A DNA stretch of 64,000 nucleotides from Prochlorococcus sp. AG-355-B18 (GCA_003280965.1 QCDI01000005.1:1-64000), one strand, 5' to 3'; counted from the first letter of the stretch, positions 42,388 through 54,777 are shown. Numbers and translations: made by a program. Notes: generated from the letters alone by a model not told the origin.

Positions 42388-43812
42388 CTATAAATCGGCA
42401 AAACCTTTTTTCTTTTTATTATTTTTTTGTTTTTTCATTGGCTTATTACCACTCATCCCTCCCATTCCTGGCATTCCTCCCATTCCTGGCATTCCTCCCA
42501 TTCCTGGCATTCCTCCGTTAGACATTTGTTTCATAAAACCTCTCATTCTTTGAAAATCAGCTAATACTTTATCTACATCTTTTGCTTCATAACCGCTACC
42601 CTGAGCTATTCTTTGTCTTCTTGAAGGCTGAGCAGCAAGAACCTCAGGTTTTTGTTTTTCCTCAAGAGTCATTGAAGAGATCATTGATTCTATTTTCTTA
42701 AGTTGATCTTCTCCATCTTTTATCATCCCATCATCGATTTTATTCATTCCAGGAATCAATTTAATCAATCCACCAAGTGATCCCATCCTTTTAATTAATC
42801 TCATCTGCTTAACGAAATCATTAAAATCGAAAGTTGCTTCCTGAAGTTTCTTTTGCATTGCCTCTGCATCAGCAAGTTCAACTTCTTTTTGAGCTTTTTC
42901 AACAAGTGTCAACACATCACCCATGCCTAAAATTCTGCTCGCCATTCTCTCTGGATGAAATGGTTGCAGTGCCTCTATTTTTTCACCTACTCCAATAAAT
43001 TTGATGGGTTTACCACTAATTTTTCTTATTGATAAAGCAGCCCCTCCTCTTGAATCCCCATCCAATTTAGTTAGTATCGCTCCTGTAATTCCTACTTTTT
43101 CATGAAATGATTTTGTCAAGTCAGCAGCTTCTTGACCAATCATAGAATCAACAACAAGCAAGACTTCATCAGGGTTAGAAATTTCTTTTATTCGAACCAT
43201 TTCACTCATCATAGAATCATCAATTTGCAATCTTCCTGCGGTGTCAATAATTATCGAATTAAAATCGTTCTCACTAGCAAAATTTAATGCCTCTTTAGTT
43301 ATCTCTTCTGGTTTACTATTTTTATCTTTTGCTGAAAAAACTTCCAATTCATATTGACTTCCCAATGTTTTAAGCTGTTCTACAGCTGCTGGTCGATAAA
43401 TATCTGCAGCAACCAAAAGAACTTTTTTTTCTTTTTCCTTCAAATAAAGGCCTAATTTTCCAGTTGCAGTTGTTTTACCCGCCCCCTGAAGTCCAGCCAT
43501 TAAAATAACTGTGGGACTATTTTCATTCTCGTTTAATGGAGAATTTTCATTCCCCATAATATTAATCAATTCTTTGTTCACTACTTCTACAAATTTTTGA
43601 CCCGGGTTTACACCCCTAACTACTTCTTCACCAATAGCTTTATCTTTGACATCTGATATAAACTCTTTGACTACTGACAAACTAACATCTGCATCAAGGA
43701 GTGCTCTTTTTACCTCTTTCAATGCGTCGTTAATATTACTTTCACTAATTTTTGCTTCGCCTCTTAAACCCTTTACTGCGTCTTCAAAGCGTGACGAAAG
43801 TTCATCAAACAT
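42388..43812 (-). CDS. ffh: Signal recognition particle protein
   Basis: GLQGAGKTT, DTAGR, TKLDGD, M domain. Confidence 0.97.
   Translation of the reverse strand: MFDELSSRFEDAVKGLRGEAKISESNINDALKEVKRALLDADVSLSVVKEFISDVKDKAIGEEVVRGVNPGQKFVEVVNKELINIMGNENSPLNENENSPTVILMAGLQGAGKTTATGKLGLYLKEKEKKVLLVAADIYRPAAVEQLKTLGSQYELEVFSAKDKNSKPEEITKEALNFASENDFNSIIIDTAGRLQIDDSMMSEMVRIKEISNPDEVLLVVDSMIGQEAADLTKSFHEKVGITGAILTKLDGDSRGGAALSIRKISGKPIKFIGVGEKIEALQPFHPERMASRILGMGDVLTLVEKAQKEVELADAEAMQKKLQEATFDFNDFVKQMRLIKRMGSLGGLIKLIPGMNKIDDGMIKDGEDQLKKIESMISSMTLEEKQKPEVLAAQPSRRQRIAQGSGYEAKDVDKVLADFQRMRGFMKQMSNGGMPGMGGMPGMGGMPGMGGMSGNKPMKKQKNNKKKKGFADL
42458..42516. repeat. 18-bp tandem repeat (~3.3 copies) encoding the GGMPGM tail of Ffh
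   Basis: CCTCCCATTCCTGGCATT x3 + CCTCC. Confidence 0.9.
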
Positions 43813-43859
43813 TATTAAAAAGTAATTTTAATTATTATAGATGATCTTGAAGTTAGTAA

Positions 43860-45965
43860 TTACAAACCACTAACGAAATCAACTAATTTCCATGATTTAT
43901 TTGAAAAACCCAAAATATATTTAACTTTTAGAGGAGTAAATGATGTTTCATTAACAAATTCTCCAGAATTCTTTAGTATCCTCTCTAAATAATTTAATTC
44001 TACTAATACAACTATCCTGGAGGAAGTTTGTGATTCGATATCTATCCTCTGGATTTGGGAATTAATTTCTTTAACAATACCTTTTTTCATATCATTTTGT
44101 CTTTCTTCGATTGTTCTATCAATCAAACCTTTACTGACAATGTTGGAAAGATTAATTTCACTTTTTCCAGCCAAATAATTACTTTTACTAAAAAGCCAAG
44201 CATTAATTAAATTTTTTATCTCTGCGATAGAAGGTGATGCTTTAGTAATTTTTTCGACTTTAAAGGAATTATTTACGGCAGAGTTCGCAACAGTAGAATT
44301 CAATTTATTAGAAGGTTTTTTTTTAATTTCTTGAGTGATATCTTTTTTACTAATATTTTGAATTTTTTCAACTGCTATTAAAGGTTTATCTGAAACAACT
44401 TCATTTTGAATTGATTTTTTAAAATTATTTCTTAGAAATCCAATCCCAATGCCAAATGTAAATAGAATCATAAATGCATATAGGTAAATTAAATAAGGTG
44501 ACCGGCTTAAAATTTCTTTACTATTCAAAAATTCCCCAAAACTAAATTTTAATTCAGCAATTTTTTCAATTAAGTACTTATAAACCTCTATTGGTTTATT
44601 CTTAAATATTTCCTCACTGAATTTGTTTTCATAGATATCAAGCTTCTCGAATTCTTGTTTAATACCACCTGGCCAAGGTAACCTCCTTTCATCAACATTT
44701 GCCGATGAGCTATCAAAATCTTCAGTGATGCTTGTTGAGGATTCTTTTTTTGTGAGTTGGTTTTGAAGATTTGGTTTAATTGTAATTTTTTTTGATTTCT
44801 TTTCTAATTTTTCTATAAATTCTTGTATTTCCCTATCTTCAAACCAAGAGTCCAAATCTACCTCTGTTGAGTCAATATCCCTATAACAAACTAAAACATC
44901 ATTCTCTAACCAATTTTTACAAAAATTGCATATCGCTTCTAACTTATTTCCTGGATAATTATTAAGCCAATCCCGCAAATTCTCATCAAAACTGCTAGAA
45001 AACCTTGCAGAAGCTTGATCAATATCCGCCAAAAGCAGATCTAAACAACCAACAAGAGGCATTGAATCAAGACCTGATATGTTTAGTTTCTTTAGAATTT
45101 TCCTAGCTTCAAATAATTTTTCTGGCTTTCTTCGTGAGAAGCCAATCGCTGTTAAGGATAAAAAAGCTAAGAATCCTGCTTCTAAAGATCCTCTTTTTTG
45201 TAATTCAAGGAACAAATCTATCTGTTCTTGAACGGTCAAAAATGGCCTTATTTGTTGAAAAAAAGCTTCAAATTCTTGCTGATTTAAATAATCTCCATAT
45301 TCAGACTTATTATTACCTTCCAAACCACCTCTTTTAATTATTAAAGTTTCCAACATACTCAAGCCTTTTTTATGAGACTCCTGATCATTTAAATCCCTAC
45401 TAAGTAGATCTAGAATCCGATAAGGAAGTAGAGCAACTAAATCTTCTTCAAGTTCTTTTCTTATTTCTAAAAGCTTTCCCATTCTTTGAAGAAGTTTTAT
45501 ACCCTCAGATAAAAAGTCCGCTGCGGTTGAATAGGATCTAAGCTGTTGTTCTTGAATTGCTGAATCTCTAGCTGTTAAAGCAGCTAATAAAGTTAGATCG
45601 GCTTCTCTACCACTTCCTAAAGCTGGAGTTTGTGGAGGCTGCAAAGCTTTCCTTGTGATTCTAAAAGCTTCTTTTGGGGAACCCGATTCCCAAAGAAGTA
45701 TTAATCCTGCCACTTCTCTATTTGAGGAAAAGTCTAGTCCAGATCTACCATTTAATAGCAAATTTTCGTACTCTCTCCTGCTTTCTGGATCTGTAAGTAA
45801 ATCAGCAGTCAGGCGAAGCAACTCTGATCTTTGGGTTAAAACTTCATATGTAAAACCTTCATCAGGCGTTTTATCCAACCTCAATTGAAACGCCCTTAAT
45901 ATTTCCTCAGAAGATGCAGAGGGGCTTACGCCAATTAAACGAAAATGGTCTAAAGGAAGTTCCAA
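43860..45965 (-). CDS. ftn2: Cell division protein Ftn2/ZipN (ARC6 family)
   Basis: MELPLDHFRLIGV J-like domain, LLPYRILDLL, TM segment, C-terminal periplasmic domain. Confidence 0.88.
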   Translation of the reverse strand: MELPLDHFRLIGVSPSASSEEILRAFQLRLDKTPDEGFTYEVLTQRSELLRLTADLLTDPESRREYENLLLNGRSGLDFSSNREVAGLILLWESGSPKEAFRITRKALQPPQTPALGSGREADLTLLAALTARDSAIQEQQLRSYSTAADFLSEGIKLLQRMGKLLEIRKELEEDLVALLPYRILDLLSRDLNDQESHKKGLSMLETLIIKRGGLEGNNKSEYGDYLNQQEFEAFFQQIRPFLTVQEQIDLFLELQKRGSLEAGFLAFLSLTAIGFSRRKPEKLFEARKILKKLNISGLDSMPLVGCLDLLLADIDQASARFSSSFDENLRDWLNNYPGNKLEAICNFCKNWLENDVLVCYRDIDSTEVDLDSWFEDREIQEFIEKLEKKSKKITIKPNLQNQLTKKESSTSITEDFDSSSANVDERRLPWPGGIKQEFEKLDIYENKFSEEIFKNKPIEVYKYLIEKIAELKFSFGEFLNSKEILSRSPYLIYLYAFMILFTFGIGIGFLRNNFKKSIQNEVVSDKPLIAVEKIQNISKKDITQEIKKKPSNKLNSTVANSAVNNSFKVEKITKASPSIAEIKNLINAWLFSKSNYLAGKSEINLSNIVSKGLIDRTIEERQNDMKKGIVKEINSQIQRIDIESQTSSRIVVLVELNYLERILKNSGEFVNETSFTPLKVKYILGFSNKSWKLVDFVSGL

Positions 45966-46113
45966 ACAAATATCCTATTGAAAATTCTTAGACAAATTTT
46001 ATCAAGTTAAAATTTTTTTTCATAAGGTCTTACAGAGTTATTAAAAAAAAACATAAAAATCGACCTTCACAGCTTAGAATGTTAACAAATCAAAACTTCA
46101 TTAAGGTATTTTC

Positions 46114-47151
46114 TTGGAAACACACGTAGAGAGAATCTCAAACCTTCAAGACATAAAAAAAGCCGAATTAGATCGAGAGACCGGATTATTTCTTTATGAA
46201 GATATGATACTTGGTCGAAGATTCGAAGATAAGTGTGCAGAAATGTACTACAGGGGGAAAATGTTTGGTTTCGTTCATTTATATAACGGTCAAGAGGCCA
46301 TAAGTACTGGAATAATTGGTGCTATGAAAAAGAAACATGATTGGTTTTGTAGCACTTACCGCGATCATGTCCATGCACTAAGTGCTGGCGTTCCTTCTTT
46401 TGAAGTAATGAGTGAGCTTTTTGGAAAAGCTACAGGCTGTAGTAAAGGCCGAGGGGGGTCCATGCACTTATTTTCAAGAGAGCATCACTTATTGGGAGGA
46501 TATGCTTTTATTGGGGAAGGAATTCCAGTTGCTCTAGGAGCAGCCTTTTCAAGTAAATATAAAAAAGAAGTTGCTGGCAATAATAATAGTGATGCTGTAA
46601 CTGCAGCATTCTTTGGAGATGGGACTTGCAATAATGGACAATTTTTTGAATGCTTAAATATGGCCCAATTATGGAAATTACCCATAATTTTTGTTGTTGA
46701 GAATAATAAATGGGCTATTGGTATGGCACACGATAGAGCAACCAGTAATCCTGAAATCTGGAGAAAAGCTTCTGCTTTTGGGATGCATGGTGAAGAAGTT
46801 GATGGAATGGATGTATTAGCAGTACGAGGCGCAGCACAAAGAGCAATTGAGCGAGCAAGAGCAGGAGAAGGGCCTACTCTTTTAGAATGCTTGACTTATA
46901 GATACAGAGGACATTCTCTTGCTGATCCTGATGAATTAAGGTCTGAAAAAGAGAAGGAGTTTTGGGGGAAAAGAGATCCTATTAAGAAATTAGCTCAAGA
47001 AATTATTGATGGTAAATTCGCAACTGAAGAAGAATTAAAAGATATTGAAAAGAAAATAGATTCAGAGATATCAGAGTCTGTTAAAAATGCCTTAGAAGCT
47101 CCTGAACCACCTTCACAAGAATTAACTAAATATATCTGGGCAGAAGATTAG
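46114..47151 (+). CDS. pdhA: Pyruvate dehydrogenase E1 alpha
   Basis: [28 protein letters not shown]. Confidence 0.96.
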   Translation: METHVERISNLQDIKKAELDRETGLFLYEDMILGRRFEDKCAEMYYRGKMFGFVHLYNGQEAISTGIIGAMKKKHDWFCSTYRDHVHALSAGVPSFEVMSELFGKATGCSKGRGGSMHLFSREHHLLGGYAFIGEGIPVALGAAFSSKYKKEVAGNNNSDAVTAAFFGDGTCNNGQFFECLNMAQLWKLPIIFVVENNKWAIGMAHDRATSNPEIWRKASAFGMHGEEVDGMDVLAVRGAAQRAIERARAGEGPTLLECLTYRYRGHSLADPDELRSEKEKEFWGKRDPIKKLAQEIIDGKFATEEELKDIEKKIDSEISESVKNALEAPEPPSQELTKYIWAED

Positions 47152-47152
47152 A

Positions 47153-48094
47153 TTAAATACCGCTTGGTAATTTTCTGGTTAAATTTCTTAATTTTCTTAA
47201 TGCCTTAAGTTCGACTTGTCTCACTCTTTCCCTAGAAACTTCTAATAATCTTCCTATTTCAGCAAGTGTATGTCTCTCGTTCCCATCAAGTCCGAACCTT
47301 AATTTAAGAACATGTTGCTCTTGCTCGCTTAGATGACTTAACCACTTACCTAGTTGCTCTTGATGCATTTTTTGCTCAACTTGGTCTAAAGGCTCTTCAT
47401 TATTACTATCTGCTATTAAATCACCTAAAAAGCTCCTACCATCATCACCATTGACTGGAGCATCTAAACTACTTGTTGATAAAGCTTGTCTTAAAACAGA
47501 ATCTAATTCTTCTACATCAATTTCCATTGCTTCTGCAATTTCAATTCTGCTTGGCATAGCGCCAAGTTTATGTGCTAAATCCCTACTGACTTTTCTTATA
47601 GATGCTAATCTTTCGCTTAAATGAACTGGTAAACGTATCGTTCGTGATTGGCAAGCTATTGCTCTTGTCATACTTTGTCTAATCCACCAAAAAGCATAAG
47701 TTGAGAACTTATATCCTCTTGTAGGATCAAATTTTTCAACAGCTCTCTCTAAACCAAGAGAACCCTCTTGAACTAAATCAAGGAGTTCGAGTCCTTTACC
47801 TTGGTATTTTTTTGCCACACTTACGACTAGTCTTAAATTAGCTTTCATCATTCTCTCCTTTGCTCTTCTGCCAATTTTTATTGTTCTTTTTTGCTGTGTT
47901 GTAAATTCTTTATTATTTTCATTTAATTGGCCATCTTCTGTGAGAATCATCATTCGCTGAACTTGATTACCAAGTTCAATCTCTTCAGCAGGTGTAAGCA
48001 ATGGTACTCTACCGATGTTCTGCAAATACCAACTTATAGGATCATTGCCCCTTCTTTTCTGTGGTTCTGCTTGTGCTGGTATTGATGAAACCAT
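47153..48094 (-). CDS. Group 2 RpoD-family sigma factor
   Basis: ANLRLVV, DLVQEGSLGL, GYKFSTYAFWWIRQ, SRERVRQ. Confidence 0.93.
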   Translation of the reverse strand: MVSSIPAQAEPQKRRGNDPISWYLQNIGRVPLLTPAEEIELGNQVQRMMILTEDGQLNENNKEFTTQQKRTIKIGRRAKERMMKANLRLVVSVAKKYQGKGLELLDLVQEGSLGLERAVEKFDPTRGYKFSTYAFWWIRQSMTRAIACQSRTIRLPVHLSERLASIRKVSRDLAHKLGAMPSRIEIAEAMEIDVEELDSVLRQALSTSSLDAPVNGDDGRSFLGDLIADSNNEEPLDQVEQKMHQEQLGKWLSHLSEQEQHVLKLRFGLDGNERHTLAEIGRLLEVSRERVRQVELKALRKLRNLTRKLPSGI

Positions 48095-48234
48095 TATTTT
48101 GACCCAATAAGGTATTAAAACTCTCCTACACTTTTAGGAAAATAGCCCAATATTTAATGCGCGCTTCAGATTTCAAGTAATATTTGTATATTTATGTGTT
48201 AAAAACTATAAATATCTCTCTTAAATTGTTTCTT

Positions 48235-49797
48235 TCAAGATATTTGTCTCGTTTTTCTTTTTCTCATAATTTTCGATAATTCATCACCAATAGCAGATGC
48301 ATTAGAGCCACTTTTGCATTTTGATGCAGCAAATGAATGCAAAAGTACGTACTTAGCAAAAAAATCGGTTGTTATATTTCTACAAAAGGTTAGATCTATC
48401 GCAGAACTTCCAGCTACAAATCCAGATAAAAGATCACCCAATCCAGCTCTAGCTGTCTGAGAATCTGTCCCAAAAAGTTGCCATGCATTTTTATTGTCAG
48501 CAATTATGCTATTAGCTCCTTTCAACAAAATACTAATATTAAAATTTTTTGCTGCTTTAAGTGCTAATCCAACATTCGTTTCACATTTGATATTAGGAAA
48601 TAACCTTTGAAATTCTTTAGGATGAGGTGTGATCCATGTTTTAAATTTTCTCTCCAAAAAGAAATTTGCCCCTAACTTAGATTCGGAAATTCTATTAAGT
48701 GCATCTGCATCCAAGATCAATAATCCTTCAAAACCAATAAGATAGTCTTTTGTTTTTTGCCAATCATCATTATCAATTCCTATTCCTGGGCCGACAACTA
48801 CTGAATCAAATGAACTTAAATCAATATTTTTTAATGCGCTAAATAAAGATGCATTTCCATTTTGATTAGATTGCATAGTTTCTTTTAAAACTATTTCTGG
48901 AGCTACTTGCCAAATAGATTCAGAAACTAACTCAGGCAGGACAGCCGAAATATAGCCTGCTCCACTTGATATGGCCCCTTTTACTGCTAAGTATGCAGCA
49001 CCAGGATATTTTTCACTTCCGGCTATTAATAATGTTCTGCCTCTTTTATATTTGTTGGAATTTTTTGGTAAAGAAGGTAAATCAATATTTTTAAAATCTT
49101 TGTAAGTAACCTTAAAAACTTTTTTTTCAATCTTAAGTAACTTATAAATAGGCACCCCAATATCGATATGGTGCAATTCTCCAATAAATGGCAAAGCAGA
49201 ATCTTCGGTCAGCCCCATCTTATTAAGACCAATGGTCAAGGTATAGTCTGCCTTTACTGCGTCTAAAAAAGGCTCTCCTGAATTTGGACATAATCCTGTT
49301 GGAATATCAATACTTATTACCTTGCCATATTTGTTATGAAATTTTTGATTAAATAGTTTAATTAATTTATTATCAACTTTTCTTGATTGATTATTACCAA
49401 AAACTGCATCAATCCAAAGGTCTTTCCCATTTGCATCAGGGGGCTCTAGTAATTTTGTGACACCAAGAGATGTAAGATAATTAAGGTGGTTATTTGTTAA
49501 CGTTTTTTTTATCGGGAATGGACACCATACCTGAACATAAAAACCTTTCAAAAAAAGCTCTCTAGCTATTACGGCACCATCCCCACCATTATTGCCCGGG
49601 CCTACCAAAACAGTTATTCCATTCTTGAGAAGAGGTTTCTTTTTTAAGAGCCATTTACTAATTTGGATACCAGCTTTTTCCATCAATGCTTCTTGTGGCA
49701 TTCCATCAGAAAACATTTCTTTCTCTAATATCAACATTTGCTTTGAATCAACAATTAAATGTTCAGAGTCAATTGTTGGCCATACAATTTCGTTCAT
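48235..49797 (-). CDS. nnr: NAD(P)HX epimerase/dehydratase
   Basis: GPGNNGGDG, GPGIG, LDADAL, TPHPKEF. Confidence 0.92.
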   Translation of the reverse strand: MNEIVWPTIDSEHLIVDSKQMLILEKEMFSDGMPQEALMEKAGIQISKWLLKKKPLLKNGITVLVGPGNNGGDGAVIARELFLKGFYVQVWCPFPIKKTLTNNHLNYLTSLGVTKLLEPPDANGKDLWIDAVFGNNQSRKVDNKLIKLFNQKFHNKYGKVISIDIPTGLCPNSGEPFLDAVKADYTLTIGLNKMGLTEDSALPFIGELHHIDIGVPIYKLLKIEKKVFKVTYKDFKNIDLPSLPKNSNKYKRGRTLLIAGSEKYPGAAYLAVKGAISSGAGYISAVLPELVSESIWQVAPEIVLKETMQSNQNGNASLFSALKNIDLSSFDSVVVGPGIGIDNDDWQKTKDYLIGFEGLLILDADALNRISESKLGANFFLERKFKTWITPHPKEFQRLFPNIKCETNVGLALKAAKNFNISILLKGANSIIADNKNAWQLFGTDSQTARAGLGDLLSGFVAGSSAIDLTFCRNITTDFFAKYVLLHSFAASKCKSGSNASAIGDELSKIMRKRKTRQIS

Positions 49798-49843
49798 AAT
49801 GAGTACAAAGCAATTGAATTCCCGTTTAAAAATTTAAACTTTC

Positions 49844-51001
49844 ATGTTAAAGACACAAAAGGATAAAAAATTAGACAACTTTTTTTCTTCTAATAATAAA
49901 ACTAAAAAGAAGAAAAATATCATTGTAGGTCTTTCTGGTGGGGTAGATAGTTCCCTTTCTGCTGCTCTTCTTGTTGAGAGAGGCTGGAATGTTGAAGGAC
50001 TGACTCTTTGGCTAATGAAAGGACAAGGCTCCTGTTGTTCTGAAGGATTAGTAGATGCTGCCGGCCTTTGTGAAGATTTGGGAATTAATCATAAAATAAT
50101 TGACTCAAGAGAAATTTTCGAAAGAGAGGTAATTAAAAAAACTACTGAAAGCTATGAGAAAGGATTTACTCCACTTCCATGTTCTATGTGCAACAAGAAT
50201 GTGAAGTTTGAAGAGATGCTTAATTACGCAATAAACAAAAAAGACTTTACTCATATTGCGACCGGACATTACGCAAGGATAAAAAAATCATCTTATGCTG
50301 AAACTCTTGATTGCAAGAGCTTTGTATTTAAGGACTTCCTTCTTCTCAGAGGTGCTGACGAAAACAAAGACCAAAGTTATTTTCTTTATTCTCTTCGACA
50401 AGAATTACTAAGCAGATTGATATTCCCTCTTGGTGAAATGAAAAAAGAAGAAACAAGAAAGGAAGCCCTGAGATTAGGCCTTAGAACTGCTCAAAAACCA
50501 GAAAGTCAAGATTTATGTTTAGTTGAGCATTATGGATCAATGCAGAGATTTATCGACAAACATATTGAACCCAAAGAAGGAGAAATTGTGCATGTGAATG
50601 GGAAAATCCTAGGAACGCACAATGGTATACAGCACTTTACGGTAGGTCAAAGAAAAGGTTTGGGCATTGCTTGGCCAGAACCATTGTATGTAAAAAGTTT
50701 AGACAGGGTAAAAAACATAGTTTATGTAGCAGATAAAAGTGATCTTTTTAAGAAAGAAGCAACCATAAATAAGGTTAACTGGGTTTCAATCGAAGAACCT
50801 AAGCAAGAGATAGAAGTAGAAGCACAAATCAGATATAGAAGTCATCCAGTAAAAGGAACTTTAATACCTCTGAAAAATTTAGATAATCCAACTAGAACAT
50901 TTAAATTAATTTTTGAAGAAAATCAAAGTTCAGTAACGCCAGGACAAGCTGCAGTTTTTTATAAAGGAGAAATTTTATTAGGTGGCGGATTAATTAATTA
51001 A
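49844..51001 (+). CDS. mnmA: tRNA 2-thiouridylase
   Basis: [30 protein letters not shown]. Confidence 0.96.
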   Translation: MLKTQKDKKLDNFFSSNNKTKKKKNIIVGLSGGVDSSLSAALLVERGWNVEGLTLWLMKGQGSCCSEGLVDAAGLCEDLGINHKIIDSREIFEREVIKKTTESYEKGFTPLPCSMCNKNVKFEEMLNYAINKKDFTHIATGHYARIKKSSYAETLDCKSFVFKDFLLLRGADENKDQSYFLYSLRQELLSRLIFPLGEMKKEETRKEALRLGLRTAQKPESQDLCLVEHYGSMQRFIDKHIEPKEGEIVHVNGKILGTHNGIQHFTVGQRKGLGIAWPEPLYVKSLDRVKNIVYVADKSDLFKKEATINKVNWVSIEEPKQEIEVEAQIRYRSHPVKGTLIPLKNLDNPTRTFKLIFEENQSSVTPGQAAVFYKGEILLGGGLIN

Positions 51002-52481
51002 TTTTCCAAAAGAAATTTAATCCCATAAAAAATATAAACAATAACAAAAGAGGTTTATCTCCAAATTTTGTATATAAGGTCTTTTCGGATGAAAAATTAG
51101 GGAACACAATTTTATTTTGCTCCACATTTAAATCTAGAAGTTGAATAATTCTTCCATCATCTTTTACTAAACCCGAAGGACCGGTGTTTGATACAAGAAG
51201 ATTATCTTTTCTATTTTCAATACTTCTCAATCTTGCCAAAGAAAGGAATTGATCATAAAGCTTAGTTGGATAGGGATCTAAGTTTGCTGCAGTTAATATT
51301 AGTTTTGCACCGCTATTAATAGCCTTTCTTATTTCCAATCCATCACTAATTTCATAACAGATAGCCACTGCTAAAGGTTCTGTAAATTTAGGATCAAAAA
51401 ATCTTGAATCAGAGCCTGGTTGAATTCCTCCTACTGCAGATAATCCTCTTGAAAAACTATCTAAAAATCTAGGTATTTTTTCACCTAATGGAACAAGTCT
51501 ATTTTTATCTATAAATGAGGTAAAAAATTGATCTCCAATTTGAAATCCTAGTAAAGAACTTCTTAACTCATTATTAGAATTTCTGAAACCTCCTGCCAAG
51601 GTATTAACCTTAGAGCCTTTAGACAAATAAAAATTATTGTATAGAGTTCCTTCAGGAGCAACAAGAAGTTTCGCTTGATTGTCTAAAGCATACTTTTGAG
51701 CGATAGATTGTTTTTCTTTAATAAATTCATCATCTATTTTTAATTTTTCTCTTGTTGATATATTAGTTTGCCAAATTGCTACAGGATTTTCATAATTTCT
51801 TTTAATTGGAGTTGCTAAACCACCAAATAAATGTAAGAAAAAAATAATAAGAAGTCCTAAAAGAAATATTTTTTTAAAGTGAAGTTTTCTTTTCAATCTA
51901 CCGTGACTAAAAAAAATCCAAAATCCAATCAATATTTGTATTACGCATAAACCACTTGCGCCAATCCATCTTGCCAAACCAGCAAGATAAATATCAGCTG
52001 GGACAAGACTTTCGCCTAAACCTATCCAAAAAAAAGGTGTTTGAGAAAGTATTAATTCACCAATCCCCCAAGTCAAAGATAAAAAAGTTACTTTTACAGT
52101 TAAAGGTAATATTTTCATTTTAAAAACATCCTCTTTCCAGAGAATAATTTCAGCTAACAATCCCCATAAATAAACTAATATCCCACCCAAAAAAGCACAA
52201 AATAATAATATTGAAATGGCGATTATTAAACTTGCAAGCCATGAAAAACCAAGCCATGTTAAAGGATGAAGATCATATAACCATGAATGACTGATCAAAA
52301 CGAAGAAAAAACCCCACCAAAAATTTGCTATTTTTCTCTCACTTGCCTTCCATAAAATAAATAAAGAAATCGGCATAAAAATCAGCCAAAAATGAGTTGA
52401 AACAGAAATTCCTCCTAAAATTCCACCTACACAAGGGTAAAAATATTGTCTTAAACTTTTAATCTGAGTCGGGATTAACAA
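50994..52481 (-). CDS. lnt: Apolipoprotein N-acyltransferase
   Basis: [16 protein letters not shown]. Confidence 0.9.
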   Translation of the reverse strand: MLIPTQIKSLRQYFYPCVGGILGGISVSTHFWLIFMPISLFILWKASERKIANFWWGFFFVLISHSWLYDLHPLTWLGFSWLASLIIAISILLFCAFLGGILVYLWGLLAEIILWKEDVFKMKILPLTVKVTFLSLTWGIGELILSQTPFFWIGLGESLVPADIYLAGLARWIGASGLCVIQILIGFWIFFSHGRLKRKLHFKKIFLLGLLIIFFLHLFGGLATPIKRNYENPVAIWQTNISTREKLKIDDEFIKEKQSIAQKYALDNQAKLLVAPEGTLYNNFYLSKGSKVNTLAGGFRNSNNELRSSLLGFQIGDQFFTSFIDKNRLVPLGEKIPRFLDSFSRGLSAVGGIQPGSDSRFFDPKFTEPLAVAICYEISDGLEIRKAINSGAKLILTAANLDPYPTKLYDQFLSLARLRSIENRKDNLLVSNTGPSGLVKDDGRIIQLLDLNVEQNKIVFPNFSSEKTLYTKFGDKPLLLLFIFFMGLNFFWKIN

Positions 52482-52566
52482 TCTAAAATTACGAAATTAA
52501 ATATATAATCACCCATACATTGTACCTTTATTCTGTAGTATTAGTTTTAGTACTTTTAAAATTTAG

Positions 52567-53139
52567 GTGAAAGAAGTCTTTATCAGTTTTGCAGTTTTTG
52601 TTATTTGTGTTTCATTAACTATTTTCAGTCAATTTAATTCTCCCCAAGTTGTTAATGCTGCTGAAACAGAACCTCAATTAGTTCAACAAACACCTCTAGC
52701 AAAACCAACAAATGTTTCAAATAACAACTTATTTGAATTAGACCCATCAGATCCAAATCCTATACTTTTCGCTATGGCAGAAGAAACACAATCAGATACT
52801 AATTCAAGGACTACAGAAAGTGGTCTAATTATTGCGGACATCCTGAATGGGGAAGGAGATGAGGCCAGCGCTGGACAAACAGTTACAGTAAATTACACTG
52901 GAACCTTAGAAGACGGAACACAATTCGATACAAGTATAGGTAGAGCTCCATTCAGCTTTCCCTTGGGCGCCGGACGAGTAATAAAAGGTTGGGACGAAGG
53001 TGTTGCAGGTATGAAAGTTGGAGGGAAAAGAAAATTAACAATTCCTCCTGAACTTGGTTACGGATCAAGAGGAGCAGGAAATGTAATACCTGCTAATGCG
53101 ACCTTGATATTTGAAGTTGAATTATTAAAAGTCAATTAA
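52567..53139 (+). CDS. FKBP-type peptidyl-prolyl isomerase
   Basis: [29 protein letters not shown]. Confidence 0.95.
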   Translation: MKEVFISFAVFVICVSLTIFSQFNSPQVVNAAETEPQLVQQTPLAKPTNVSNNNLFELDPSDPNPILFAMAEETQSDTNSRTTESGLIIADILNGEGDEASAGQTVTVNYTGTLEDGTQFDTSIGRAPFSFPLGAGRVIKGWDEGVAGMKVGGKRKLTIPPELGYGSRGAGNVIPANATLIFEVELLKVN

Positions 53140-53217
53140 ATTAAGTAAGAAAAGTATTTAAGACTTTTCAATTTAGTTAATCTCCAAGTAATATATATAC
53201 AACACAAATTATTTGAA

Positions 53218-53691
53218 ATGTTAATTAAATTCATCAATTCTCTTCTAGATAAAAAATCCCCAATGATCGTCAATGCTCACTGCGATGGTCCTTGTGGTGT
53301 TTATGATCCAGCATCTACAAGAGTTGCAGCAGAAGCAGTTTTATCAATGACAAAAAAGCTTATTGCACTAGAAGCTCCTTCTAGCACTGATTCAGCGGAG
53401 TGGGCTACATACAGCAATACATTTTCTAGATATGTTGCAGTTAAAGAAGAGCAAGCAAAAGAAACAAAGAAAGAAATTCTAATTCTGTGGACAGATTACT
53501 TTAAACCAGTTCACTTAGAAACTTATCCAGACTTACATGAAACAATTTGGAAGGCAGCCAAATTATGCAGTGCATGCAAAGTTAATATTGATTTAGCTCA
53601 AGCTGAAGAACTCATGACTTATGTTGAAAAGATTCATAATATTTTCTGGGCATCAAAAGGAAGATCAGACGCTTTCGTAAAAGCTAGTTAA
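53218..53691 (+). CDS. sodN: Nickel superoxide dismutase precursor
   Basis: Leader followed by Ni-hook HCDGPCGVYDP. Confidence 0.97.
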   Translation: MLIKFINSLLDKKSPMIVNAHCDGPCGVYDPASTRVAAEAVLSMTKKLIALEAPSSTDSAEWATYSNTFSRYVAVKEEQAKETKKEILILWTDYFKPVHLETYPDLHETIWKAAKLCSACKVNIDLAQAEELMTYVEKIHNIFWASKGRSDAFVKAS

Positions 53692-53735
53692 TCAGAATTA
53701 TTTTCAAAAGTATTTTTGATTTTATTTTATTTTTC

Positions 53736-54092
53736 TTGGGTTTAAGAAAAACCGCTTTTGTTTATGGTGACTCTATGTTACCAACCCTAAAAGCGGGAGA
53801 TATTGTATTTTTTAAAAAATATAAAAAGCATAAATCAATACTTAAAAATCGACAAATAGTTATTTTTAATCATCCACTAAAAAATAAAAAACTTATAAAA
53901 AGGATAAATTCAGTGAATCAAAATGATATTGAGGTTCTTGGCGACAATATTGAATTTAGCGAAGATAGTAATAAATTTGGATTAATCAATAACGAAAAAA
54001 TAATTGGGATTGTCACTTCTAAATTAATTTTTCCTAAATTAAAAAATTTTTTAATTCAAAAAAACAGAAGCACTTCTTTGAATCCAAAATAA
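53736..54092 (+). CDS. sodX: NiSOD maturation protease
   Basis: GDSMLPTL, IKRI, GDN...DS; follows sodN. Confidence 0.88.
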   Translation: MGLRKTAFVYGDSMLPTLKAGDIVFFKKYKKHKSILKNRQIVIFNHPLKNKKLIKRINSVNQNDIEVLGDNIEFSEDSNKFGLINNEKIIGIVTSKLIFPKLKNFLIQKNRSTSLNPK

Positions 54093-54722
54093 TCCCACAG
54101 AAAAGGAAAGCCCTCCTGCTACAGCTATTAATCTTTTAATAAATTTGTGACTTGCTTTAAAGGTGGTAAAAGATATTAAACAAGTAAAAAGATTCATACT
54201 AATTAGTGAACCAAACAAATATGAAATCAAATATAAGCAAGCGTTTGTTAAAGGTAGTGCTAAAGCAGGAAGAACTGCAAGAAAATGCGAACCGCCAGCT
54301 ATACCGTGCAGCAAGCCTAAACCTGTCAAGGCATGTGAGTGCTTATTATTATTTTTTTGTTCCTTAACATGAAAGTGAAAGTGACTATGGGCAATCCCAT
54401 TCTCATGCTTATGGGAATGCGAGTGGATTTTTAGTTTAAAAGAATTTTTTATTGCAAATACTCCAACAATTAGAAGAGAAATTCCAACTAGGAATTCGGC
54501 TATACTGGAAAATTTGTTTAATGGCGTAATATCCTTTATGAAAATCGCTAGGAAAGCTAAGAAGAGGATACCTGAAGAGTGTCCTAAGCCCCATGAGAAA
54601 CTATTTTTAAGAGCTTTTTGGGGATTATTAATCGCTGCTGGTACCATTGCAATTAGATGATCAGCGCCACTAACAACATGTACAAATCCTGCAACTACAC
54701 CGGTTAAAATTACAGCCTGCAT
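54051..54722 (-). CDS. High-affinity nickel permease (UreH/SodT-like)
   Basis: HVVSGADH, WGLGH, His-rich loop, GLLHGIAG; next to sodNX. Confidence 0.85.
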   Translation of the reverse strand: MQAVILTGVVAGFVHVVSGADHLIAMVPAAINNPQKALKNSFSWGLGHSSGILFLAFLAIFIKDITPLNKFSSIAEFLVGISLLIVGVFAIKNSFKLKIHSHSHKHENGIAHSHFHFHVKEQKNNNKHSHALTGLGLLHGIAGGSHFLAVLPALALPLTNACLYLISYLFGSLISMNLFTCLISFTTFKASHKFIKRLIAVAGGLSFSVGLFWIQRSASVFLN

Positions 54723-54777
54723 ATATATTCAGTCCAACTCTGTTTATTAAATTTTATAGCACGATTTGAAGTCAAAA

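Noticed and set aside
42458..42516. 18-bp tandem repeat as a mobile or CRISPR repeat
   Set aside because: Encodes the ordinary GGMPGM low-complexity tail of Ffh.
53218..54722. sodN-sodX-nickel permease cluster as a novel system
   Set aside because: Well-known NiSOD locus in marine picocyanobacteria.
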